Part shown: positions 1 through 12,600 of the stretch, piece after piece
Layout of the letters: each line of letters begins with the position of its first letter
How positions within the stretch are numbered: the first letter of the stretch is position 1
DNA from: Eledone cirrhosa
Taxonomy: Eukaryota
Length of the DNA: 64,000 nt
Direction of reading: 5' to 3'
NCBI GenBank assembly: GCA_964016885.1
Contig: OZ024744.1
Location: 43,400,001 to 43,464,000, forward strand
Program-made: the position numbers and the translations under genes
Notes under the pieces: model-generated
Told to the model about the DNA's origin: nothing
What the model saw: the letters and a program-made list of their open reading frames with translations, nothing else
Database searches by the model: none

Positions 1-160
1 CTTTGAGAAAGTCAATAAAATGTTTATTCTGGATTATTTTATGGAGGTTGTAATAGAGAGTTTGATATTGTTGACTGAATTAAGTAGTTATAAATTTACT
101 GTTGAAAACCTAAATAAGTTACTGAATAACTTATTACATGATGTTTAAATTATAACTTAC

Positions 161-220
161 GCTTTTGAGAAGTTTCAGGCTTCATTGCAGCACTGGGAGG
201 GTACACGGTAATATGGTCAC
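161..220 (-). CDS. 60-bp phase-1 microexon (DHITVYPPSAAMKPETSQK); gene probably continues off the left edge
   Basis: TTCTAG acceptor, GTAAGT donor; identical to 1938-1997. Confidence 0.7.
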
Positions 221-371
221 CTAGAATATATAAACAACATCATAGTAAACCTACATGTATATATATAAAAAACATTACAAATAATGGAATCAGTTATTAG
301 ATTGATTATCTCTGATATATAGATATATACACCAGGTGCAAACACATATGGACCAAACTCCCACTGTCCCT

Positions 372-413
<42 letters not shown>

Positions 414-470
414 GAGAGAATGGATAAATTACTGAATAACTTATTATATGATGTTCAAATTATAACTTAC

Positions 471-530
471 CCTTTTTAGTTGATTTTGCCTCCATTGAAG
501 CAATGCGAGGGGACTGTGTAATATGGCCAC
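471..530 (-). CDS. 60-bp phase-1 microexon ([19 protein letters not shown])
   Basis: TTCTAG acceptor, GTAAGT donor; 1 nt different from 2257-2316. Confidence 0.7.
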
Positions 531-1162
531 CTAGAATATATAAACAAAATCATAGTAAACCTACATGTATATATACAAATAACATTTTAAATACAGGAAA
601 CAGTTATTAGATTCATTATCTCTGATATATACATATATACACCAGGTCCAAACATATATGGACCAAACTCCTACTGCCACTGCCATTTATATATATATAT
701 TTATATATAGTGAAAGGATTCAGGACGCCAACTACTTAGATCCGTAAATATACATTTACTACTAAATTTTCTATAATCATGGCAACAGTCCTAATAAAGC
801 AAATTTATTCTTACATACACACATACAGAGATTGCACACTCACAAACTCACACTCACACAAACACAAACAGGGCTCACACACACTCAAAAAAGCATCACC
901 GGTGAAACACACCCAAACAGGTACACATTGAATTAATATACAACCCAATATACCTATATGTATACATCAACATACACATAATACCAACATCACTTCACTT
1001 ATATATGTACACACAATTTTATTCAATGGGTCCACCTAACACATTACATAAACTTAGAATGTATACAGATATACAATATAACGTCAATTTGATATTAATG
1101 TTGAAACACGTGTAATAGTTTTCTGCACTAACTGGTAGGAATCGGTTTGAAATACAACTTAC

Positions 1163-1228
1163 TTTCTTTTGATCCACCTCTTATGTGTGTGCCTGAGTCA
1201 GAGACAAGGATCTCTACAGGAGTCACAC
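1163..1228 (-). CDS. 66-bp phase-1 microexon (VTPVEILVSDSGTHIRGGSKE)
   Basis: TTTTTTCCAG acceptor, GTAAGT donor; paralogue of 6029-6094. Confidence 0.7.
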
Positions 1229-1937
1229 CTGGAAAAAATATACAGAAGAAAAGAATAATAAAAGCTAGAAGGCTTTCTTGAGAAGAGTTTGTTGTCAAGT
1301 TGAAGAAAGGGTAGAATGAGTTGTCATTTGTTTAATCAACTAGATCAAATTATACGGTTTGTTCTCTCAAGGACATGCATAATTTTCCCACAAATCTAAA
1401 ACTTCCAAAAGGAGTAAAGTGTGGTTAGTCATATGTGGGATGTCTTGAATTATGAGAGAAACATTCTACATTATCCTAATGGTCCTTAAAATCAGATTTA
1501 TATAGTGGTTTACCAAATATTTAGGGTACTGGCAGATGTAGTGGAGAAGAGGATGCAGCATATGAACAATGAAGGGTGACAAGAAATTGTGAAGAACTGT
1601 AGGATAAAATTTTGATAAAGAAGAGAATACTGATCTCTGAAATAATCCAATCTTACTCAATGAATCTAATGTAACATTTATCTTCTCATTTGAATCACAT
1701 GTAATGTCATTCTTTCTCAGCTATCTCTGATAATGCCCTAAAAAAGTCTAGCTATACTTTTGTCATCATTACAAGGTCTTTGAGAAAGTCAATAAAATGT
1801 TTATTCTGGATTATTTTATGGAGGTTGTAATAGAGAGTTTGATATTGTTGACTGAATTAAGTAGTTATGAATTTACTGTTGAAAACCTAAATAAGTTACT
1901 GAATAACTTATTACATGATGTTTAAATTATAACTTAC

Positions 1938-1997
1938 GCTTTTGAGAAGTTTCAGGCTTCATTGCAGCACTGGGAGGGTACACGGTAATATGGTCAC
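1938..1997 (-). CDS. 60-bp phase-1 microexon (DHITVYPPSAAMKPETSQK)
   Basis: TTCTAG acceptor, GTAAGT donor. Confidence 0.7.
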
Positions 1998-2149
1998 CTA
2001 GAATATATAAACAACATCATAGTAAACCTACATGTATATATATAAAAAACATTACAAATATATGGAATCAGTTATTATATTGATTATCTCTGATATATAG
2101 ATATATACACCAGGTGCAAACACATATGGACCTAACTCCCACTGTCCCT

Positions 2150-2189
<40 letters not shown>

Positions 2190-2256
2190 TTTATATAGAG
2201 AGAGAATGGATAAATTACTGAATAACTTATTAGATGATGTTCAAACTATAACTTAC

Positions 2257-2316
2257 CCTTTTTAGTTGATTTTGCCTCCATTGAAGCAATGCGAGGGGAC
2301 TGTGTAATATGGTCAC
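2257..2316 (-). CDS. 60-bp phase-1 microexon ([19 protein letters not shown])
   Basis: TTCTAG acceptor, GTAAGT donor. Confidence 0.7.
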
Positions 2317-2548
2317 CTAGAATATATAAACAAAATCATAGTAAACCTACATGTATGTATAATACATTAGATATAATTAGTAATAAGATATATCATACCT
2401 AAACTGCTTCTATCGTCCCCGACTACGTAGTTTCGTGGCATATTATGCAAAAACATATATTTATATATATATACACATATATTTATATATAGAGAGAAAG
2501 GATAAATTACTGAATAACTTATTAGATGATGTTCAATTTATAACTTAC

Positions 2549-2602
2549 CCCTTAATTTTGGCTCCATTGAAGCAATGCGAGGGGACTGTGTAATATGGTC
2601 AC
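2549..2602 (-). CDS. 54-bp phase-1 microexon ([17 protein letters not shown]), net in-frame 6-bp deletion versus paralogues
   Basis: TTCTAG acceptor, GTAAGT donor, frame preserved. Confidence 0.7.
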
Positions 2603-2756
2603 CTAGAATATATAAACAAAATCATAGTAAACCTACATGTATATATACAAATAACATTACAAATACAGGAAACAGTTATTGGATTCATTATCTCTGAAAT
2701 ATACATATATACACCAGGTCCAAACACAAATGGACTAAATTCCCGCTGTCCCAGCC

Positions 2757-2757
<1 letters not shown>

Positions 2758-2804
<47 letters not shown>

Positions 2805-2842
2805 GTGAGTACCTCTTTCGTATCTACATTTTCCCAGCCATT

Positions 2843-2917
<75 letters not shown>

Positions 2918-3049
2918 GTGAGTACCTCTTTCATATCTACATTTTCCGCCTGTAGAGGTGTCTTTATGTGCCTGCGTATATGCGTATATTTATTGAGTAC
3001 CTATTTACTTGTATGTGTATATATTTGTTTGTATATGTGTATATGTGTA

Positions 3050-3114
<65 letters not shown>

Positions 3115-3206
3115 ATATATATGTTTGTGTGTATATGTGCTTTATGTGTGTATATTTATGTATGTATATGTATGTATATGTTTGTGTATATGTATGTATA
3201 TATATA

Positions 3207-3253
<47 letters not shown>

Positions 3254-3376
3254 GTGTGTATATATGTGTATGTATGTACGTATGTATGTGTATGTATGTA
3301 TGTATGTTTATGTATATGTATGTGTATGTGTGTATGTATGTATGTGTGTGTATATGTATATATATGTGTATATGTA

Positions 3377-3425
<49 letters not shown>

Positions 3426-3476
3426 ATATATATATATATATATGTGTATATATGTATATGTATGTATGTGTGTATA

Positions 3477-3551
<75 letters not shown>

Positions 3552-3563
3552 GTATGTGTGTGC

Positions 3564-3631
<68 letters not shown>

Positions 3632-3656
3632 GTATATGGTTGTGTGGGCAGGTGTG

Positions 3657-3689
<33 letters not shown>

Positions 3690-3748
3690 ATTTGTATGTA
3701 TATATGTATATGTGTGTGTGTATATGTATGTATATGTATGTATATGTA

Positions 3749-3787
<39 letters not shown>

Positions 3788-3814
3788 ATATATATGTATA
3801 TGTATGTGTATGTG

Positions 3815-3899
<85 letters not shown>

Positions 3900-3902
3900 A
3901 TG

Positions 3903-3941
<39 letters not shown>

Positions 3942-4074
3942 GTGTGTGTGTGTATGTGTGTATATATGTGTGTATATATATGTGTATATGTATGTGTCTG
4001 TGTATGTGTATGTGTGTATGTATGTATATATGTGTGTATGTGTGTGTATGTGTGTATATATATATATATATGTG

Positions 4075-4159
<85 letters not shown>

Positions 4160-4279
4160 GTGTGTGTATATATATATATATATATGTGCGTGAGAGAGTG
4201 TGTATATATATTTTGTGTGTGGGTGTGTGTATGTGTGTATGCGCGTGTGTGTGTATATATATATATATATATGTATATG

Positions 4280-4336
<57 letters not shown>

Positions 4337-4369
4337 GTATGTATATGTATTTGTGTGTGTATATATGCG

Positions 4370-4417
<48 letters not shown>

Positions 4418-4429
4418 ATATATATATAT

Positions 4430-4478
<49 letters not shown>

Positions 4479-4610
4479 TATATGTGTATATGTGTGTGTG
4501 TATAGATATTCATACATATGTATACTCGTGTTTGTATGTATTCGTGTGAGTGTATTTATTTGTGTATATATGTGTGTGTGTGTGTATGTATGTGTATGTG
4601 TGTGTGTATC

Positions 4611-4649
<39 letters not shown>

Positions 4650-4663
4650 GTGTGTGTGTGTGT

Positions 4664-4715
<52 letters not shown>

Positions 4716-4860
4716 GTATTATATATGTATGTATGTACGTGTGTATGTATGTGTGTGTACATGAATATATATTTATATATTTTTATATATGTGTGTGTGT
4801 TTTTATGTGTGTATATGTGTTTGTGTGTGTGTTTATGGTTGCGCGTAAGTGTGTGAGTGA
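2758..4860. repeat. ~2.1-kb compound (TA)n/(TG)n microsatellite
   Basis: Direct reading; source of the YI/VC pseudo-ORFs. Confidence 0.97.
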
Positions 4861-5507
4861 GTATGTGTTTTTTTGTTTTTTTGTTTTTTTGTTTTTTTGT
4901 TTTTTTGTGAATGTGTGTGTTGGTTTTTTGGCATATAGTTGATTAGTTTAAGAGAAGTTCGAAGATAATAGTAAGATATGCACTCAGTATTTTGAATCTG
5001 TCTGCAGAATTCTCTAGACCTTTGTCACTTAGTAGAACCTTAATGACTTTAGCTTTTAAAGAATCTCCCTTTTCTTTAATTCTATCGACCATGACTGACC
5101 CCCCACTGATTTTATAGACATCTGTTAGCTTAAGAGAAACTTATTGACAAGGAATGGTATGCCATCCGGAACCTGTTTATAGAATTCTGTCTGCCTTTGT
5201 TACTATAAAAACATAAATAAATATAAATAAAAATAAAAATAAACTATAGCTTTGTAGAATTAGCTTTTAATGAATTCCCCTTTCTATCAACCAATGACCT
5301 GCACCCATCCCACTCCCCACCCTCTCCTACCACTTGTAGAGACCTATAAATACCATATTTATTTTTTGATACCCAGATTCCTGATGATTTCTAATGAATG
5401 AAACAGTTCTAGTCCTGTAGAATCTCATCTATATTAAAACTGTTATACTCTGCTATGTATTGAGTACCTTACTTACTGTGGTTACCTCCGATTCAACCCG
5501 GAATAAC

Positions 5508-5543
<36 letters not shown>

Positions 5544-5850
5544 AGTGAAAGTATTCAGGACGCCGACTGGTTAGCTCCGTAAATATACATTTACTACTAA
5601 ATACACACGCACAGAGAGTGCACACACAGAGCCTCACAATCACACAAACACAAACAGGGCTCACACAGAACCTAACACACACCCTCAAAAACTAATGTCC
5701 GGAGAAACGCACCCGAACACGTACACAATGAACACAACATCAACATACACATAACACCAACATCACTTTCCTTATATATCTACGCCCTATTTTATTCATT
5801 AGTTCCACCATACGCATTACATAGATTTCCATGTATACAAAAATACAATA

Positions 5851-5950
5851 TAATTGTTTCTACTTTTGGCACCAGTGCATTACTGGTACTTTATTTTATC
5901 AACGCCATAAGGATGAAAGGCAAAGTTAACATCAGCGGGATTTGAAGTCA
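5851..5950 (-). mobile_element. Nin-domain SINE fragment
   Basis: Reverse complement of GCCTTTCATCCTTA-GG-GT-GATAAAATAAAGTACCAG core plus AAAGTAGAAACAATTAT tail. Confidence 0.7.
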
Positions 5951-6028
5951 ATTTGATATTAATGTTGAAACACGTGTAATAGTTTTCTGTACTAACTGGG
6001 CAGAAAATGTGTTTGAAATACAACTTAC

Positions 6029-6094
6029 TTTCTTTGGATCCACCTTTTTTAGGTGTGTCTGACTCGGAGACAAATATCACTACAGGAGTCATAC
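6029..6094 (-). CDS. 66-bp phase-1 microexon (MTPVVIFVSESDTPKKGGSKE)
   Basis: TTTTTCCAG acceptor, GTAAGT donor, open frame. Confidence 0.7.
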
Positions 6095-6324
6095 CTGGAA
6101 AAATATATACGGAAGAAAATAATAATAAAAGCTAGAAGACTTTCTTGAGAAGAGATTATTGTCAAGTTGAAGAAAGGGTAGAATAACCTGTTGTTTATTT
6201 AATCCACTAGATCCATATATACGGTTTGTTCTCTCAAGGACATGCTTACTTTTCCCACAAATCTAAAACTTACAAAAGGAGTAAAGTGTGGCTCGTCATA
6301 TGTGGGTTGTCTAGAATTATGAGA

Positions 6325-7505
6325 CATATTTTTGGTCCCCATGTTGTAGAACATGCTTGAACTTTCTATCCTCTGCTTTCTTTATTGCAAGGTACACTTG
6401 TCTCCTAGCTTCTCTCCTGGCCACTTGACAGTGTTCTCTACTTCCCCCATCCTGCCATACTTTCCAAGCCTGCTTTTTGGCCTTGATTGTCTCCTCCACC
6501 TTACTGTTCCACCACCAAGTTACTCTCCTCCTGCCAATAGGTCTCCTCCAGCCATAGATTTCATCCATCACTTTCAGCAGGTTCACTTTCGAGAATTCCC
6601 ACTGTTCCTCTATATTGCACATCTCTAATTGCTCTTCCTTATTGTCAAAGGCTTCAAGTAATAAGCTTTTAAATTTGTCACTGGCTATGGGATCCTTCAA
6701 CTTCCATATTCTTCTCCTCAAGATAGTCCTCCTCTGTCGTCGTGTACATCTATTCCTAACTATGAGGTCACTAACTACTAGGCTATGCTGAGAGGTGCAT
6801 TCTTCACGGCGGAGGGATTTAGTGTTTACAACAGACACTTTGTCACGTCTGTCTTCTAGTAAGGATATAATCTATCTGGCGGGCGTGTTCCCCTGATCTA
6901 TAGGTGATCAAGTAGTTTTCTCGTTTTTTAAAGTTTGTGTTACAGATAGTTAGGTTATTAGCGTCACAGAATTCCATGATTCTGAAGCCTTCCTCATTTC
7001 TATTTCCAAACCCATAGCCTCCATGGATTCCATCATAGCCATCACTATGTTGTCCGACGTGGCCGTTTAGATCGCCAGGAATAATTAAGTAGTCGCTGTC
7101 GGTTATTTGGGAGGTAGTGTGCATTAGCGTCTCATAGAACCTGTCCTTGTCAGGTAGATAAGATTGGGGTGCATAAGCGGATATTATTGTCACAGTAGTT
7201 CTATTTAGAACTAGTCTTATTTTAATTATTCTGTCATTCACTCTATTTACGTCAATTACCTTATCTACCTATTTTTTAGCTAACATAATTCCTACACAAC
7301 CCAGTCCGTGTTATTTCCCACTCAGAAAAGTTTATAGCATCGCTTTTTAGCCACGATGAATCTGGCAGACCCACCTCTCCACCTAGTCTCTTGAACACAA
7401 TAATCATCAACTTCTTTATGTTCAAGCCTCTCTACAACCTCATTTGAGCGACCTTTCAATGTGCCTACTTTGAAGTTGGGAGGGTGGGATGGATGGGTTG
7501 GAGGG
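6325..7505 (-). mobile_element. RTE-clade LINE fragment (APE endonuclease region), intronic
   Basis: VGTLKGR, CVQETRW, IISAYAPQ, GDLNGHVG, QIDYIL, SQHSLVV, TWWWN motifs across broken ORFs. Confidence 0.88.
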
Positions 7506-7769
7506 GCACACATTACATAAACTTCCATGTATACAAATATACAATATAATGTCAATTTGATATTAATGTTGAAACACGTGTATCTTTACTTTTGTCCTCA
7601 TTACAAGGTCTCTGAGGAAGTCAATAAAATGTTTATTCTGGATTATGTTAGGGAGTTTGTAATATAGGGTTTGATATTCTTGACTGAATTACGTAGTTAT
7701 AAATTTACTTTTGAAAACCTAAATAAGTTACTGAATAACTTAGTACATGATGTTTAAATTATAACTTAC

Positions 7770-7829
7770 TCTTTTGAGTAGTTTCAGGCTTCATTGCAAC
7801 ACTGGGAGGGGACACTGTAATATGGTCAT
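7770..7829 (-). CDS. 60-bp phase-1 microexon (DHITVSPPSVAMKPETTQK)
   Basis: TTTATATATTCTAG acceptor, GTAAGT donor, open frame. Confidence 0.7.
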
Positions 7830-7975
7830 CTAGAATATATAAACAAAATCATAGTAAACCTACATGTATATATACAAATAACATTACAAATGCAAGAAAC
7901 AGTTATTGGATTCATTATCGGACCTGGTGTATATATACATATATACACCAGGTCCAAACTCCTGCTGTCCCAGCC

Positions 7976-8018
<43 letters not shown>

Positions 8019-8042
8019 TGTATTAAACAACATAAGATAATT

Positions 8043-8116
8043 ATTTCATTTACCAAGGTTTCTCGAAGACAGACGAGACTAACTCAAACGTCAGACTTCG
8101 GTCGTCAGAATGAAAT
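8043..8116 (-). ncRNA. Type I hammerhead ribozyme-like motif, intronic and sense to the microexon gene
   Basis: ATTTCATT-CTGACGA-C-CGAAG...CTTCG-A-GAAA-CCTTGG-TA-AATGAAAT: 8-bp stem I, both core boxes, GUA site; C10.1/A11.1 non-canonical. Confidence 0.7.
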
Positions 8117-8542
8117 TTTATTTAAAAGCACTGTAGCCTACATAGAGTACTCTCTTTTCCTTTACCTTTCCTACGGAAACAATTTATATATATATACATA
8201 TATATATACAAAATCTATTCTTATATACACACGTACACAGAGGACACACAGAGAAACTCACTCACACACGCACACAGAACCTAACCCACACTCAAAAAGG
8301 CACCATCTGACAAACACACCCAAACAGGTAAACGATAAAGTTATATACAACCCCATATACCTATATGTATACATCAACGTACACATAACACCAACATCAC
8401 TTCACTTATATATGTACACACTATTTTATACATCAACTCCACCATATACATTACATAAACTTCTATGTTTACAAATATACAATTTAATGTCGATTTGATG
8501 TTAATGTTGAAACACGTGTAATAGTTTTCTGTACAGACTAAC

Positions 8543-8590
8543 TTTCGATATACCATTTGTTGGTGTGTCTGACTCAGAGACACTTATATA
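8543..8590 (-). pseudogene. Degenerate or 5'-disrupted copy of the 66-bp microexon (..SVSESDTPTNGISK)
   Basis: Homologous to 6029-6094 and its downstream intron; GTTAGT donor; normal acceptor missing, abuts a PLE fragment. Confidence 0.4.
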
Positions 8591-8599
8591 GGCCAGTTA

Positions 8600-8850
8600 A
8601 GGAAGAACAGTTAAGGAAGAATTATTAGTACAGTGGGTTTTTTTAAAGGATATGTTTTGCTGATCAGGGATTTTATGGTAGTTCCTGGCTTTTCTACCTC
8701 TTTAAGCTTTAAGTGGGTCTTTCTTAGGAACTTTCTATATTTGTTAGCTAATTTCCCCCCAGGGATAACATCTACGAACATGACATATTGCCGTAAGTTT
8801 CAATCAGGGACCAGTGAATCTTCCCCAGAGTCATTTGTGACAAAGAATAT
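8600..8850 (-). mobile_element. Penelope-like element fragment (RT-to-GIY-YIG linker)
   Basis: VMFVDVIPGGKLANKY...KEVEKPGTTIKSLISKTYP; homologous to the PLE at 13790-14212. Confidence 0.55.
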
Positions 8851-8917
8851 CTACACAATAATAGCTTTTGCAGTCTCTGTCCTACCATGTTATGATGTAA
8901 CAGACCACCAGCCATTT

Positions 8918-9008
8918 TTGCCTTTCATCCTTACGGGGCCGATAAAATAAAGTACCAGTAATACACTAGGTGATTGCTGGCCTTGTGTCAAACGTAGAAA
9001 CAATTATT
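8918..9008 (+). mobile_element. Nin-domain SINE 3' fragment
   Basis: TTGCCTTTCATCCTTACGGGGCCGATAAAATAAAGTACCAG...GTAGAAACAATTATT. Confidence 0.75.
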
Positions 9009-9626
9009 CCAATGGCAATAAAGATGGAGCGCATGGACCTGAGCAAATAAAGACCCTCGAAAACCATGATCAGACAAGGATAAGAACAATATTGAGGGGC
9101 TAACATCGGTCAGCATCACTCGTGATTTAGCCAATCTCTTTATTATATGGTTGGATATGACACTCAAAGAACGAGTAGCCAAGAACCATTTAGCCCTAAA
9201 TATGTTCTCCCATTATGTAGAGGTTATCTGTATAGTAGTATAGACATGCCGCTAAAGAAATCATCAAGGGACTAGAAATAAACGGTAAAAATCATTCAGC
9301 AAATAAATACCCCTCCATCCACTAGAGTATTAAAATAGACTGCCCAAACTACAGACTACCTGTTTTAGACACACAACTCTGTATTCTTCTTGTCGTGTCC
9401 ACAAGAGTGTCAGTTACAAAGCTTGGTTAGATGTAGTTCCGCCACAGCTGTCCTTTCTCATTAAACTCTGTCACGTCAAATGTTGTGCAGGGATGTTCCA
9501 GCAGGGGTCATATCAGGAGGTGCCACGCAGTCTCTGGTTTGATGCCGCAGTCACACACAATGTCCCTATCCTTTAAATATCCCCATTTTGCAATATTGAT
9601 ATGTATATATGTATGTATGTATGTAT

Positions 9627-12600
9627 GTTCTTCTGGTTTTATAATTTCACAATTTTTTTCCCAATAGAAAGAGAGAGTCGGTTTCTAACATAGACACAAG
9701 ACTCTCTCGTTGGAATTTACACAACATCAACTAGGTAGATATGTATGTATGTCTGCATGTATACATGTGTAGATATGTTATTGTATGTGTGGATGTGTAA
9801 GTTTCGAGTTGTATGTGTGCAAGTGTATAAGCTTTGCATCTGTACATGTGTATATGCAGTTATTAAAAGCAACATTTTTGGAATATTTTACATATTTTTA
9901 CTGTTCCATTAATGGATTGTACTTGTAATTTCCTAACTAGTTGTGGTCTTTCTGTTCCTGTGAAGCCTAGCTGCTCAAGATTTGTATTGAGGCAGTTACT
10001 AACATACCCCAGTGACCCAATAATCACAGGCATAAATCTGAAGGTGTAATCAGGGTGGAGTATCTGCAGATTTCTCATCAGTTCTGCATAAATATTCTCC
10101 TTTCCGCTAATCTTTGATATTATATTGGCATCTGCTGGGCAGCAAATTTACACTACTGTGCATGCCTTCTTCTCCCTGTCCCATATCATATTATCTGGTC
10201 TGTTATGCCTGCATTTTATTGGGGTTTTAACTGGAACATTCCACCAGTACTCTTTCATATTATGTATATGTATGTCTTCCACATTGCTGTAGCTTTTAAT
10301 GTGTTTATTATCGGTGCTATCTTTTTTACGGTTTGCATTGTACAGTGTTTTGGCCACTACATCATGCCTCATAGGTAGATAGTACTGCGATGACATCTTT
10401 CGACAGCTGCTGATGACATTGATGATATCTTCGATGTTAGTTCTGCAGAGTTTGCACTTGTTATCACATTTAGGTGTTTTGCCTGCATGCCTATCTCTTT
10501 TGTGAATCAGGTATTTCGTGTTAATTTCCTGTTCTTGGATTGCAAAAGCGTATCCTTCAAAGTGGGAGCCAATATAGCAGTTGTTGGTCCAAGATAGACT
10601 ACTTTCCTTATTTATATTATTCTCCCTCTGGAGCTTCCTGGCACCATATCCATGCATGATCTTTTGCTGATAAGTATGCAGTTTTTCATCCATGGATTCA
10701 CTGCGATACTGCTGAGCGACTTCCCTGGGTGTGAGTTTTTGATTATCACACAGGGAATATCTCTCAAGGAGTTCCTTCCCAACTCTTATGATCTTATCTG
10801 TTTCATGCAGATAGACTTTCTCGAGAAGCGGGCACCTACGCTTCGAGGTTCGTAGATGTTGTCGGAGAGATATGATGCGACATTCAAATGTTGTCTGGAC
10901 TGATGTTAGGCCTCTGCCTCCCTGCCTACGTTTCAATTAAAGGCGGTCTATGTCACTGTTGATGTGGAAGTTTCCGGTGTTGTTCAGTATTTTTCGAGTT
11001 CCAACATCAACTGCTCGGATTTCGTCTATCGTCCAATTGAGTATTCCAAACGTTGGTGTTAGGACAGGCACAGCAAACACATTGTGAGCCACTGTTTTGT
11101 TTTGCGCAGAGAGTTCCGATGACCAGATCTTTCTTAATCGGGTGTAGTATTCCCTGGTTACGCGTTCTTTATTACAGATACCATTATAGGATATGTTCTC
11201 ATCTATCCCCGGGTATATGTAGCAGTCCTCATCAGATATCGGTGAAACAGTTAGGCCATTGATGACAATGTTGCTAGATTGGGTTGTTGTTTTTCCTCGC
11301 TTTACAGTCATATATGAGCATTTATCTTGGCCAAACTCCATTCCTATATCCTTTGAGAACGTTGTAACCAGGTCAAGATTTTTCTTCATCCCATCCATGT
11401 TCTTGGCATAGAGTTTCAGATCGCCCACAAAGAAGTTATGGGTTAGGTTCGTATTTCTGTCCTCCTGTGAGCCAATGATGTATCCCTCACATTTCTTGAG
11501 CAGAAAGGACAAGGGGTTTAATGACAAGATGAACAATATCACAGAGAGACTGTCCCCCTGAAATATACCCCTGCAATATTTTATTTTATCAGTGAAAATA
11601 GAGTCCCCCCTCTCTGTCTTTAACCTTAGGATAGTAGCCCAAGAAGAAGACAGCCTCTCTATGGCTCTGACAATAATGTTTGGGACTTTAGCAAGTTGGA
11701 GGGCCTCTATCATCCAAGAGTGGGGAACAGAATCGAAAGCTTTCTTGTAGTTCAGCCAGACTGTAGTCATATTCCTCCTAAGTTGTTCACCTCCGACATC
11801 ACAGTTTTGTTGATTAGGAGTTGTTCAGCACATCCCCAAACCCTTTTCTTTCCAGCTGCTTGTTCATCTGTGATGATGTTATTATTTTCACAATGATCTT
11901 GGAGGAATAGGTTGAGGCAGGCTGTATACATCCTATACATTAGGTTCTCGCATGCAATGTGTCGGTAGTTTTTTGCCAAGTGGGTGTCTTTGTTCTTGGG
12001 GACCAGTAACGTTTGTGCTAATGTCAACCATTCTGGTATAAGTGTATCTCCCTTAAGAACTTGTTGGTAGAGGTCAGTAAGATACCTCCGATAGAATATT
12101 ATTTTTTTGTACCAGTAGCCGACAATCATGTCTCTTCCTGGTGTTTTCTTATCTTGGAGTTTTCCTATCACAGTCTCAAGTGTACCCTCACTTATTTCGT
12201 ATGTTTTTGTTGTAGTGTAGGAGCAATAGTTCTTTCGGATTTCTCTTATCCACACTGCATCTTGGTTGAAATTCTTCTTTTCACCCCGTATTTTTCTCCA
12301 AAAGGAATCTCTGTCTTTCTGGGATGGGGCCTCAGTGACACTTATTATTTTGCCCTTCATATCTCTATAGACTGAAGTTTGGTTTCGTCTGAATCTTTTA
12401 TTAAGCATTTTTCTCTCATCTACCTTTTTCAGGTATCGGCGTTTTTCGCTAACAGCTCTCAATTCTTGTTTGAGGGTGATCAGCTTATATTGGAGAGTTC
12501 TGGTTCTACTGTTACCAAACATCGTCTCTATTTTATTTTTCACTCTTTGTTGGTGAGGAGTGAGGTTTTTTTGTGTTTGTTTGCATGTAAGGAGCATTAT

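Larger units (their letters stand above)
1..2760. repeat. Hierarchical tandem duplication: ~300-bp exon+intron subunits within a 1777-bp higher-order unit; further copies at ~5500-6320 and ~7500-8550
   Basis: CTTTGAGAAAGTCAATAAAATG at 1 and 1778, near-identical for ~580 bp; CACCTAGAATATATAAACAA recurs at each 60/54-bp exon. Confidence 0.9.

Noticed and set aside
2918-4942. Long ORFs of 394-543 aa (YIYI/VCVC)
   Set aside because: Translations of (TA)n/(TG)n microsatellite, open in several frames only because the repeat lacks stops
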